The notes under the pieces: generated by a model
The model's database searches: none
Seen by the model: the letters and a program-made list of their open reading frames with translations, nothing else
What the model was told of the DNA's origin: nothing
Origin: Octopus vulgaris
Lineage: Eukaryota
Direction: 5' to 3'
Length of the DNA stretch: 64,000 bases
Assembly: GCA_951406725.2 (NCBI GenBank)
Contig: OX597820.1
Span: 71,610,001-71,674,000, forward strand
Made by a program: the position numbers and the translations under genes
Shown here: positions 26,520-38,880 of the stretch, piece after piece
How positions within the stretch are numbered: the stretch's first letter is position 1
Layout of the letters: every line of letters begins with the position of its first letter

Positions 26520-26990
26520 GGAGCTTTGCATCTTGGAACATGACATCATTGCTCCTTTCCACATCCTTCTTGATTTCCTTCTTTTAACATGAATACCTTT
26601 AATCCCTTCTCTCTCATTTGTGCTCTGCTTTTCATACAGGTTAACATTACACAGCTAACAGATCACACTCTTCTCATTTTTCTTCAACCTTGGTATATCT
26701 ATTTGATGCCCTTGTCTCACTAATGTTTATTACAGATTCAGTATGTTGTCTGTCTTTTGAATGGAGAAAGAAACTACCTGTTGCCAATAGAAATAATAGC
26801 TTTCTGAATGTCCCTTTCCTTCCTCTTGCAACTATGTTTCCATTATAGTTAGCTGTTGCAGAATGTAGATCACCTAGGTAACAGAAATAATTAACTGCAT
26901 CTGGTGAGCCACTGGAGCATTTCACATACTGCATTTCATAAGAGCTATTACTACTAACTACATCTCTGTGTTTACACATAGTGACATGAT
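26520..26990 (-). mobile_element. Old RTE LINE RT fragment
   Basis: ORF 26674-26979 ..DAVNYFCYLGDL..NIVARGRKGTFRKLLFLL matches the RTE motif (F.YLG....G....ARI..AW.KF.ELLP). Confidence 0.65.
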
Positions 26991-27169
26991 GTGAAAGTCT
27001 CTACATGATTGCTCTGCATGCCAGAAATAGCACCATCTTACACTCAAATCAGAGTCTGCTCCCTTTTGAAACAAAGAATACAGAAGGCAGTATAGAGCTA
27101 ATATAGAAAAAAATTAAATGGTCATGGCTGGAATACATTTGCTGTTTGGTCTACTTCTCCACAGATGAC

Positions 27170-27400
27170 CTGCTGTGCCACATAAAAAGCAATGGTGATG
27201 ATGCCACATAAAAAGCACCAAGTACACTCTGTAAAGTAGTTGGCATAAGGAAGGATATCTAACTGTAGAAACTAAGCCAAGACAGATTATGGAACCTGGT
27301 GTGGCCCCTGGTCCTGCTAGCTCTTGTCAAGTTGTTCAGCCCATGTCAGCATGTAAAACAGATATTAAATGATGATGATGATGATGATGGTGATGATGAA
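27170..27400 (+). mobile_element. RTE tail fragment with (GAT)n
   Basis: gtgccacataaaaagca..ctgtaaagtagttggcataaggaagg..gatgatgat. Confidence 0.75.
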
Positions 27401-27689
27401 CTAAGCAGGATAGCCCTATACAGATGCAATCAAACCTAATGAGTGTTAAAGAGAGGCTTTAAGCCTGTGTACACTGCAAGTAATGGGTAATAATAAGGTT
27501 ACTCAGTTATGAAATATCTACTAATTACTCCAACAACTGTTCATAGAATTGTTATCACCAACTTTATAAAGAGGGTTCATACCTGCAGAGTTGGCACTGT
27601 ACATACTATGCATGAGAAGAGTCTTGTCACATGTGTGAAACTCTAAAGCATCATGGAGAAACCACCTGAAGAAGTGATAATATCCTTCT

Positions 27690-27835
27690 TTTAAGGTTCT
27701 TAATTTCAGGTCTGTCAATACAAGTGTAAGAGAATAGTTGAAATGTTAGAGTGAGGACTATTTGAAGTGAGTGCTGTACAAGAAATGAAATGGAGAGAGG
27801 TTTCAACTAGATTCCTGAAAGGCAAGGAATACTGC
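27690..27835 (+). mobile_element. RTE APE endonuclease N-terminal fragment, decayed
   Basis: ..IVEMLE..AVQEMKWRE..RFLKGKEY resembles the APE domain-II motif (CxQEVRWRG). Confidence 0.45.
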
Positions 27836-28119
27836 AGAAACACTAGCTGTGAAATGGTCATTTTTATCAGCAAAAAGCTTTAAGCAAAATGAACTTGTAT
27901 TTATTGCAAATGATTATCTTCTAGTTTTCAAATAAGATATCCCTTAGTGCATTTGAACCATAAGTAGTTTCTGCAACTCTCTTTCAGCATCTTGGAAGGG
28001 AGAGCTAGGTGATTCTTGATTAATCGCAGCAACACCAAAATGATTTAATTCTCATAACAAACTACCAAAAGCCTTGTAGTCTCACTGCTGGAACAAATTC
28101 CACAACAGCACCAAATATT

Positions 28120-28344
28120 TATTTCTTTATTGCCCACAGGGGGCTAAACATACAGGGGACAAACAAGGACAGACAAAAGGATTAAGTCGATTACATTGAC
28201 CCCAGTACATAACTGGTACTTATTTAATTGAGCCTGAAAGGCTAAGTCGATCTCAGCAGAGATTGAACTCGGAGCTTAATGGCAGATGAAATATCACTGA
28301 GCATTTCGCCCAGCATGCTAACCTTTCTGTCAGCTCACTGCCTT
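28120..28344 (-). mobile_element. SINE family B with 16-bp TSD
   Basis: Reverse complement of the 42367-42592 type; TSD aacagcaccaaatatt at 28104-28119 and 28345-28360. Confidence 0.9.
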
Positions 28345-31300
28345 AACAGCACCAAATATTAAACTATTAAAATATGAAACATGTGAATATGATTGTATAC
28401 TTATTTTAATTTTATATCATCATCATTGTCACATGGTAACATGTAATTCTGGGCAGCTTGTTACATGGTCAGGTCATCAGCTACTAAACTGACACATCCA
28501 CTAGGCTGACTAGGAGAGGGTTGCTAGAAACTTGGCAGGTTAAACCAAATCATGTCAAAAGGTTGAATGAATCCAGCATACACTCAGTGTCTATCTTGCA
28601 AGAGCATATAGCGACATGTAAGTACTTGATATGGTGAACAAATGCACTGTAAGTCCTCTTTAGGAGTAATGAACCCATAGATCTTGTCAGAACATTTGTC
28701 TTGGAATAGAATCCCCTGAGAGGATAATTTTGTATTTGTTTCTTCTACTGTAAATAATTTCCTGTAGAGTAACTTCTTAGAACAACAAAGGGACAATGAA
28801 CCTTTAAAAGTGATCATTGTCATTTCGGTATCATGCATGTCTGTTGCAACTTTGAGGTGTTTTAGCTATGATGAAATTACTAATTAACATACTTCAAGCA
28901 CCTTAGAGCTTTGTGGTCCAGTAATGGGGTCTAAATTCACTGTAAAACAAAATATATATTAATACATGTGTAAAATTGGTGCTTTGAACAGAAGTACAAT
29001 ATATGTAGGTATTGTGTTATCAATTTTGCATTGAAAGAACTAAATCTTTAAAGTATCAATAAACGTTATAAATTGTTACTTCTGGTCCAGATGTATTCTA
29101 GGATACCTTAGTTGAAAACTAGTTGACAGCCATTGGTAATAAACACAACATATTTGGGTTTTTTTAATACCTTGTTTGCTGAATAAAATCATTAATTCAT
29201 GGTTATTGTTTCCCATTACAATTTACTCAGCTGAAACTTGGAAATGCAACAAAAACTATAACAAAGGGAAAAAATATCAGATGTCAATTATGGCCAAGCT
29301 TTGACAAATTCCTAAAAATAAAGAACTCATCGAAATATCTATGGAAAAGCTTTGTGAGAAATGCTGAGCTGTTTATTGCTACTAAAGACATATATCTTCA
29401 AATATCTATTCAAAAATGTTTGTAAGTTTTGTGAAGTGATAACTATAGTTGTACATGGTATCACCAGTTTGGTTTAAGTAATTTTATTATGTTAATTAGA
29501 CCCACAAGAAAGTGAACTCAACTAATAAAGCATTATGTGATTTTGTTGATATCCTAAGAATACAAACTGAGAAAGCAATAAGGTTCTTAAAGAGAAAATA
29601 AACTGCAATAAATCAATGGTAAACAATTTCAATAAAAATACTAGTTGTGAATGTCATAAGCTGTTGGAATACGACCAACCAAATATTGAAGTGTTGGTAA
29701 CCTTGTCCATACTGCTAATATTGGCAAACATTGAAAATTTTACAAATGGTAAAAATGTTTGTAAATGTGTTACTGAACCACCTCCTCATCAATATGAACC
29801 ACAACACAGCTTCACTGTTGGATACAACTACTTTAAGATATTTCTACAGCTTTGGTTTGGGATACTAGAACCCTGCAAGCATGCTACAGACTTTAACTTC
29901 TTCTGAATGCATTTGATTTGTGTCTACATTGTATAACTACACATAATTTTGAGAAGTTGAAAAGGATTATGAAATAAGAAAAAAAGGTACATTTACAGTA
30001 AGAGTCACGATAATTTTTTGCTTTATTTGTTCTTGTACAACTACAATTGGTATATATACTTTGTTCTGACACTTATGCCATACATACATACATGCTGTAA
30101 ATATTTATAAAGTTTTAAGATTTTGAATTTATGCATTTTTTTTTTGTAGTTCTTTCATGTTTTGTTTAAAGTTATTTTAATGCTTCTAGAAATATTTCTC
30201 ATATCAAATTTCCATGTCATGAACTTTTCAGACTTCAAATTCATATCCATTTCATGAAGGTGAAGATTGCAATTTTTATTATTTTTATTTTTGACACTAT
30301 GTTTACAACCTGAATAAGAACACATTGACCTTGTGTTAATGGAAGAGGAGTCCCCACCTCACTGCACAACCCAGTTCTGGAAGAAAGTTACCATGGCAAA
30401 ACGTTGCCAAGGTATTTTAGTAACGTGACTAAAGGATAAAGTCAGAAGCTGAGAGAGCCTGAATGTTAGAGAACAAGATAAGATTAAAAGCAGGAGCAAA
30501 AATAAAAAATTAAATCCAAAATAAATGAAGTAAGATAGCACTAGATTCACTTTCTGAGGTGACAGGAAAATATTTTCTATCACTGCTGTATTGCCTTCTC
30601 TTTATTATGCTTGAAGTGAAATTTATTCCAAATCAATCAAGTATAGAATTAAAAGCAAACTGTCAAATTAAAGTGGGTTTTTTTTTCCTATTTTATTTAT
30701 AACCCAAGTTTTACTAGATCCTGTATATGTATATACATATTCCTTGAAATTCTGATGAAAGTCTTATAGCTTGTCTAAAATGTATGATATTTTAACCAAG
30801 CATGTTTTCTGTCTGCTCTCCAGAATGGAGACACTCATTTCTCCATTCTGGTGAAGCAAATGAAACAGGCTAGAGATTCAAGTAATTCTTTGGATTGAGT
30901 AGCTTAAGCCATATAGTTAGCATTGGCAGTAGAGTATAACATTATGGAGTTAGACTCTTCCATTGTAGATTAACATAAGTGCATCAAGCTTCACAACTAT
31001 CACAACTGATGTCTTCTCCAAGCACAATTGACATCTACGAGTGCAACTGGTTTTTCTGTAAGCAGAGCAAACATCAATAACAACTGCAGGCTTTTATGAA
31101 TGGAACTTAGGGCTTCTATGACAATTATAGCTTACTTTTATGAATGAAAAGTTAAGCTTGTATCATTGCTGTTGTGAAAGTTTTGACATGTATTATGTGA
31201 CTCAGGCTGAACCATGGTTTTAAGTGAGGCTAGGAATTCACTGACAGTGCTAAACTAGGAAGTTGAACAATCGATTGAACAAATATATTCTAAGCCCATT

Positions 31301-32062
31301 ACAGTCTTGACTCTGTTATAGCAAAATGAATTAATGTTTCTTGATATTTCTGGTTTATTTTTCTATTTTAACACTACACGGTAGCAAGTCTCTAAAACAC
31401 CAGTGTATGCAGCCCTAGAAAGTCTAAATGTTTAAAGTACAATTAAATGTTTTAAATTGCTAATTGCAGTTCAGTTGCATCATAGGATACATTAGTTGAA
31501 AACTGCCAAACAGCCATTTACAATACTATGTATACACTTCGATCAGTAATACTGATGTTGAGTATTTCAGCCAAACAAAATGATTGATTCATGGGTACAG
31601 TCTCTTGTTATGATAGTCACATGCTTACACAAGAAAAGATAAAGTTAGCTATTCAATAAATAGAAATAGAAAATCTATAAAATAAGTGCCAGTCTAAATA
31701 TTAACACTGTTATAATGTCTAAAAACCTTGAGATAGTGTACTAGTATGGCTGCATTCCAATGACTGAAACCAATGTATAAATGAAAGTGTGTGTGTGTGT
31801 GTGTGTGTGTGCATGCATGTAAGCATGGTTCTGTGGTTAACAAGGGAACTTCTTAATCCTATGGCTTCAGGTTCAGTCTACCATGTAACATCTTGGTTTT
31901 CTGTCTTCTACTATAGCCGTATGTCAACCAATACCTTGTCAGTAAATTTGTTAAATGGAAATTCAAGGAAGAATATTTGTTTACATTTTATGGTAAGGTT
32001 TATAATTTAATAATTGCTGGCATAACTACATTAAACTTCAGATTATCCTTTATATACTGTAT

Positions 32063-32307
32063 CATCATCATCATCATCATCATCATCATCGTTTAACGTC
32101 CGTTTTCCGCGCTAGCACGGGTTGGACGGTTTCGACCGGGGTCTGGAGAGCTCGGGACTGCCCCAGGCTCCAGTCTAGTCTGGCAGTGTTTCTACAGCTG
32201 GATGCCCTTCCTAACGCCAACCACTCCGCGAGTGTAGTGGGTGTTTTTTTACGTGCCACCTGCACAGGTGCCAGAGGGGTCTGGCATCGGCCACGTTCGG
32301 ATGGTGC
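32063..32307 (-). mobile_element. Young RTE-type 3' tail with (ATG)n
   Basis: Same family as 35164-35400 but with CpGs intact; truncated at ..ggatggtgc where the tandem array begins. Confidence 0.85.
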
Positions 32308-32935
32308 GTGCAGAAATATAGGGGAGCACCAGTGGGAGGGGTGGTTCAGAGGACAGGTAATAGGCAAGTAGAACGTAGGATATCGAGAGAGGGGTAATGC
32401 ATGGTGAAATAGCGTATTGAAGAGGGGGGGTTCAAAGAGTAGACACCTATAATGGTGGTGGGGGGGTGCAGAAATATAGGGGAGCACCAGTGGGAGGGGT
32501 GGTTCAGAGGACAGGTTCTAGGCAAGTAGAACGTAGGATATCGAGAGAGGGGTAATGCATGGTGAAATGGTGAAATAGCGTATTGAAGAGGGGGGTTCAA
32601 AGAGTAGACACCTATAATGGTGGTGGTGGGGGTGCAGAAATATAGGGGAGCACCAGCGGGAGGGGTGGTTCAGAGGACAGGTTCTAGGCAAGTAGAACGT
32701 AGGATATTGAGAGAGGGGTAATGCATGGTGAAATAGCGTATTGAAGAGGGGGTTCAAAGAGTAGACACCTATAATGGTGGTGGGGGGTGCAGAAATATGG
32801 GGGAGCACCAGTGGGAGGGGTGGTTCAGAGGACAGGTTCTAGGCAAGTAGAACGTAGGATATCGAGAGAGGGGTAATGCATGGTGAAATAGCGTATTGAA
32901 GAGAGGGGTTCAAAGAGTAGACACCTATAATGGTG
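32308..32935. repeat. Tandem array, 4 x ~158 bp
   Basis: Units start gtgcagaaata at 32308, 32466, 32632 and 32787 and are nearly identical. Confidence 0.95.
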
Positions 32936-33014
32936 GGAGAAACGACATCCGGTATAGTTGGAGCAAAATAGAGATATCCGGTATTGGTGGTGGGGGTGGG
33001 TAGGGCGGGCGCGC

Positions 33015-33941
33015 CGCGAAGAACGGGCAGCCAATTTCTAATCAGCCCTGTAAGGGAGATAGAACCTAAATATCTATAACGATAACTAGTGAATTATACA
33101 GAATATGCAAAAAACGAGGCGAGGCTGAAATAGTAAACAGAGTGGCGACTAGGGGGATCAGAATAATAATAATTAATAAATAATAATAATAAATAGAGAT
33201 ACGGATGAATTAAAGTTCAAGGATTTCTTATCTTGGGATCACTTCGCTTACGGACAGACTTGGCAAAAGGAGTTCGGAATCAAGAGTGAGGCAGGTTACT
33301 AGCTTAAGTATGCATGCATGGCCATGTCGAGGAGTAGGAAGAGGAGTCCAGACAGACAATGTAAAAAGAGGGGGAGAGAAACCCCGTGAAGAACGGGCAG
33401 CCAATTTCTAATCAGCCCTGTAAGGGAGATAGAACCTAAATATCTATAACGATAACTAGTGAATTATACAGAATATGCAAAAAACGAGGCGAGGCTGAAA
33501 TAGTAAACAGAGTGGCGACTAGGGGGATCAGAATAATAATAATTAATAAATAATAATAATAAATAGAGATACGGATGAATTAAAGTTCAAAGATTTCTTA
33601 TCTTGGGATCACTTCGCTTACGGACAGACTTGGCAAAAGGAGTTCGGAATCAAGAGTGAGGCAGGTTACTAGCTTAAGTATGCATGGCCATGTCGAGGAG
33701 TAGGAAGAGGAGTCCAGACAGACAATGTAAAAAGAGGGAGAGAAACCCCGCGAAGAACGGGCAGCCAATTTCTAATCAGCCCTGTAAGGGAGATAGAACC
33801 TAAATATCTATAACGATAACTAGTGAATTATACAGAATATGCAAAAAAACGAGGCGAGGCTGAAATAGTAAACAGAGTGGCGACTAGGGGGATCAGAATA
33901 ATAATAATTAATAAATAATAATAATAAATAGAGATACGGAT
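33015..33941. repeat. Tandem array, ~2.5 x ~367 bp
   Basis: gaagaacgggcagccaatttc recurs at 33018, 33388 and 33752; units are nearly identical. Confidence 0.95.
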
Positions 33942-34452
33942 CTGAAAACTAAATCCTGTATCTGGAAACTAAAATCTGAAAGTATTTTCAGTGAGAGAAA
34001 TACCACAAATGAAAAGTCTCAGAATGGATATGAAAGGTTCCTGGACAATGTATAACTATTGTGAGCCATATATTGTCTGCTAGCTATTGGGGCTGATCTC
34101 ACCTGCCTTGTGTTGATCTCACTAAGTCTATGTTAATTGGTGCCAGTTTATTGCCAGTAGTCATCATTGCAACATTCATTCATGTGCATTAATAACCATG
34201 TTTTGTGCCTGATACTGTTAAAAATGTCAAAAACGACCAGAAATATCCCAGTGGGTAATAGTGAAAATTAAAGAGGTAAAAGTTATACTTATCAATTCCT
34301 TAGCTAGCTAGCAGGTGGAAAACTTGACAGCAGTGAAAAATTCGACAACATCTAACTGGTGTTTTGAATTGGAACAGCCATTATAAGTGACCCTAAAAAA
34401 CAGATGGACAAATTTGAATTCCTGTGCTGAAAGTAATCAACAGAAATCGACA

Positions 34453-34497
<45 letters not shown>

Positions 34498-34779
34498 AAT
34501 ATTCTGTAATTATATACATAATTATAATCAGGGGTCAGCTAATTGCTTCACCATGCACTGATTTAGAAATAGGAGCTAAATGTCTTTACTACTCTAAAGA
34601 TCTCCGAGACAGTAACACACTTTTTTACGTAGGCAAAAAGAAGAAATAATGAATCCACTTGACTCAGATTAGCTACTTACGCATTTCAAGATTAAAGTAA
34701 AAGTTATATTTACTAACTTATTTCTCATCTTCAGTGCAGCATTAATTAATTGATTAATTAATTAATTAATTTTACCCTT

Positions 34780-34867
<88 letters not shown>

Positions 34868-34871
<4 letters not shown>

Positions 34872-35061
34872 TGGGGAGACTGGTTTATGAATTTTAAAGA
34901 GGTCTTAGGGCAAGAGGTTTTGAGGTCTGACAATACACCATAAAGCTAAACCCTTTATGGACAGGAAACCCAGGGTAATCGCATAAACCACCCTCCCGCA
35001 TTAAAATGTACACTGCTCTACATCTTAGAGTCTGCTTCTCTGGATTTATGTTTTCTACAAA

Positions 35062-35062
<1 letters not shown>
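34868..35062 (+). mobile_element. Penelope-like pLTR remnant with degenerate hammerhead motif between (TA)n tracts
   Basis: gaggtCTGACAA..ccataaag-ctaaacc-ctttatgg..GAAAC; related in sequence to the arms at 11406-11735. Confidence 0.5.
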
Positions 35063-35100
<38 letters not shown>

Positions 35101-35163
35101 TGTGTATCTGTGTGAGTGTGTGTACGTATGCATATGTGTATGTGTGTATATATATATATATAT

Positions 35164-36094
35164 ATCATCATCATCATCATCATCATCGTTTAACGTCCAC
35201 TTTCCATGCTAGCATAGGTCGGACGATTTGACTGAGAACTAGCAAACCAGATGGCTGCACCAGGCTCCAATCTGATCTTGCTGAGTTTCTACAGCTGGAT
35301 GCCTTTCCTAATGCCAACCGCTCCAAGGGTGTAGTGGGTGCTTTTACATGCCACCAGCACGAAGGCCAGTCTGGTGGTACTGGCAACCACCATGCTCAAA
35401 TGGTGTTTTTTTCGTGTCACTTGCACAGAAGTCAGTCCAGTGGCACTAGCAACAACCTCGCTCGAATGTTTTGTTCATATGCCAGTAAAATGACGCTGGT
35501 AACGATCACGTTCAAATGGTGCTTTTTACGTGCCACCAGGATGCAAGCCAGACAGCTTCTCTAGCACTGATCCCACTTGGATGGAGCTGTTAGCACTCCA
35601 CTGGCACGGGTGTGAGTCATCGAATTTGGTTCAATTTTGATTTCACTTGCCCCAACAGGTCTTTGCAAGCAGAGTTTAGTGTCCAATGAAGGAAGGTTGG
35701 CGTGGATGCCAGTTGTCGAATTTGGTTCGCTTTTGATTTCACTTGCCTCAACAGGTCTTTGCAAGCAGAGTTTTGTGTCCAAAGAAGGAAAGGTACGCAT
35801 AAGTGGGCTGGCTACACCAGTGGTAAAGGCCATGGGTTATGGTCTCACTTGTCTTGGTCACTAGTCATTGCCTTGGTGCAGCCTAATGTTCGAAGGTTGT
35901 GCTTCACCACCTCATCCCAGGTCTTCCTGGGTCTACCTCTTCCACAGGTTCCCTCAACCGCTAGGGTGTGGCACTTTTTCACACAGCTATCCTCATCCAT
36001 TCTCACCACATGACCATACCAGCACAATCATCTCTCTTGCACACCACAACTGATGCTTCTTAGGTCCAACTTTTCTCTCAAGGTACTTACACTC

Positions 36095-36097
<3 letters not shown>
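35164..36097 (-). mobile_element. 5'-truncated RTE LINE (RT C-terminus + 3' UTR + (ATG)n tail)
   Basis: ORF 35845-36027 WYGHVVRMDEDSCVKKC..GRGRPRKTWDEVVK is a typical RTE C-terminus; the 3' UTR has a ~99-bp internal duplication (about 35620-35800). Confidence 0.9.
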
Positions 36098-36147
<50 letters not shown>

Positions 36148-36276
36148 GCATATGTGTATATATATACACATGCATATGTGTATATAGCAGGCTTCTTAAA
36201 CTTTTTGCCTTTTACATGCAGACACATGAACACATGTGTACACACATACACATATACATACACACACGCACAAACT

Positions 36277-36335
<59 letters not shown>

Positions 36336-37077
36336 ACACATATATATATATATACACAGAGGAAAAAAATGAATATTTTTGATGTAGGTTGAGGGAGTAG
36401 ATGCATTTGAGTTAGAATGAATATATTGTACTCAATGAGCTGATTGATCCTGAAACAAGAAAGAATCTGTCAAAATGAACTGAATATTAAAAGTAACTGT
36501 GAATATTCAGAAAGTTTATTACAGCAATTAAAGAAAAGGCACAGCATTAAATATTTACAGGGTGGCAGTGGTAAGGTGTTTAATAATCATAAAGCAGCAA
36601 AGAAATTTATTGATATGCTTTGCAAAGATTGCTGCCCATCAAAATTTAACTGTAAAACAAGTGTATAATGCTAGTGAAATGTTGTTATTCTGCTCCTTAA
36701 AAAATACTTACAACAGTCAATGAAGATGTGAAGGACAGATTAATTATACAAAGCTTTGCTAATACAGCTGCAAACCATAAATATAAAAGTCTCTGATAGT
36801 CAAAAGCCAAGCATGCTTGCTGTTTTAAAGAGATGAAAATGTTACCAGTGCATTGTTATATCAACAAAGGGGTATGGATCACCAAGGGTATCTGACTGCT
36901 AAGAAAACTTTTTATATCAGCAGTTTATGTCCACTGCAAGGAACACGGACTTGATGCCAGGAACAAGTTTATATCTCTGGATAACTGTTTTGTGCATTAT
37001 TTAGTTGAGCTTACTTTGAAAATTCATGTTTATGCAAAGAACTTGCCCCAAATATGATATCATTAATTCAGCCATGT

Positions 37078-37408
37078 GCATGGCTCAGTGGTTAGAGTGT
37101 CGAGCTTATGATTGTGAGGTTCTGAGGTAGAATTCCGGACCTGGATGCGTGTTGTGCTCTTGAGCAAGACACTTTATTTCACATTGTTCCAGTTCACTCA
37201 GCTGTAGAAATGAGTTGTGACGTCACAAATGCCAAGCTGAATCAGCCTTTGCCTTTCCCTTGGATGACACTGGTAGTGTGCAGAGGGGAGGCCTGTATGC
37301 ATAGGTGACTGCTGGTCTTCCATAAACAACCTTGCCTGGACTTGTGCCTGGGAGGGTAACTTTCTGGGTGCAATCCCATGGTCAGTCATGACCGAAGGGG
37401 GTCTCAGC
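37078..37408 (+). mobile_element. tRNA-derived SINE family D (CORE/V-like centre) with 13-bp TSD
   Basis: A box tggctcagtggttagag; central gttgtgctcttgagcaagacacttt; TSD aattcagccatgt at 37065-37077 and 37409-37421; inserted in the Tigger fossil. Confidence 0.85.
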
Positions 37409-38692
37409 AATTCAGCCATGTAACTAAGTCATCCTTAGATTATTGATGCCTAAGTATAAAGACAACTTTTAAAAGGAAGGATTCTAAAAGCAGTTTACTA
37501 TGAAGGATGCTGTTTATGCAGTTTCCACTGCATACGGCCTAGTAACTAAAGACATCTTTGTACATGTCTGTCACAACCTCTTGTTCGCAACTATGTTCAG
37601 TAATGATGATGGGCAGAGGCATGGGTTTGAAAGATACTCACACAGCTTGGGCATTTCTGACACATATTACATGAAATAAGAGAACTGTTAGATTTTAGAC
37701 ACAAAAATGTATACCAACCAACTTGAACAGTAAACTTGTAGAAGTGGATAGTGAAGAAAATGGTACATCAATAATGATCTTCCATTTGTGTATTTCATGA
37801 CTGATAGTAAGATAGCTTAAATGGGTCTTAATGAAAATAATCTAAATGATAATGAAAATACAATTGTTAACACAGAAAAAGTATTTATAGATAACATGGT
37901 GTAAGTGGGTGATTAACTTATCAAAGAATGAAGCAACATATATTTATCACAGAACAAGAAATCATTGTAGTGTGACTACTCCAACAAAAACACATGCTAA
38001 TAAAGTAGATACCAATTGAGGGACTTTTAAAAAAAAATTGAGTTGGGTGTTTCGTTCTGTATGTTTGTTAATTTTGTAAGCATCCTTTTTGGTGCAGTTA
38101 TAGAGAATATACAAAACATTATTTTTTTCATGTAAATTTCACTTCCACATAAAACTTCATGTGATGTAACATTACTAGCTATTTTACTTGTATGTTCCTA
38201 AAAAAATCTTGTATGTTTCTTAAAAACTCTATGTCCCAGCATGGCCTCAGAACTCGAGCTGAAACTAGTAAACAAAAAAAGTATAAATCATGTTTCATCT
38301 GCCCTCAATGGTGGCATTGGTTGGAGAATTCCATAGGATCTAATGGGTCACAAGACTTGCATCAATGTTTCAGCTTTAGCATAATTTCTACTCCAATCAT
38401 TTTACAGAACGTAATAGGTGCATGAATTTTCATGGCACCAGCACTATAAATGTTGTATTGTTACAGGCAAGATTATAGTTCTCTCAAACCCTGTGTTGTT
38501 ACAGCTCAATTTGATATACCAACCATTTACTAAATGTTTTAAGTACTTTTGTTATGGCACTAGCACATTATTGGTGGTGGGTTACTTTGTTGCTCACAAT
38601 GTGATTTAGAACCTCTATGAATGGGACAGATATATTTTGTCAGAAGACAGTAGAGAGGAGATTAACTGAGAAAACAGGATTGAGGATAATAA

Positions 38693-38880
38693 TCTTTTCT
38701 ACTTTAGGCACAAGGCCCGAAATTTTGGGGGAGGAGACCAGTCAATTAGATCCACCCTAATATGCAAGTGGTACTTAATTTGTCAACACCGAAAAGATGA
38801 AAGGCAAAGTCAACCCCAGTCAAATTTAAACTCAAAATGTAAAGACAGATTAAATACCACTAAGCATTTTGCCCTACCGC
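38693..38880 (-). mobile_element. SINE family B, partial
   Basis: ..gaaaagatgaaaggcaaagtcaacc..taagcattttgccc, shared with 16741-16955. Confidence 0.75.

Noticed and set aside
32308-33941. CRISPR-like array or repetitive protein gene
   Set aside because: Units are contiguous with no unique spacers; unit lengths vary by non-multiples of 3 and contain stops; the context is eukaryotic.
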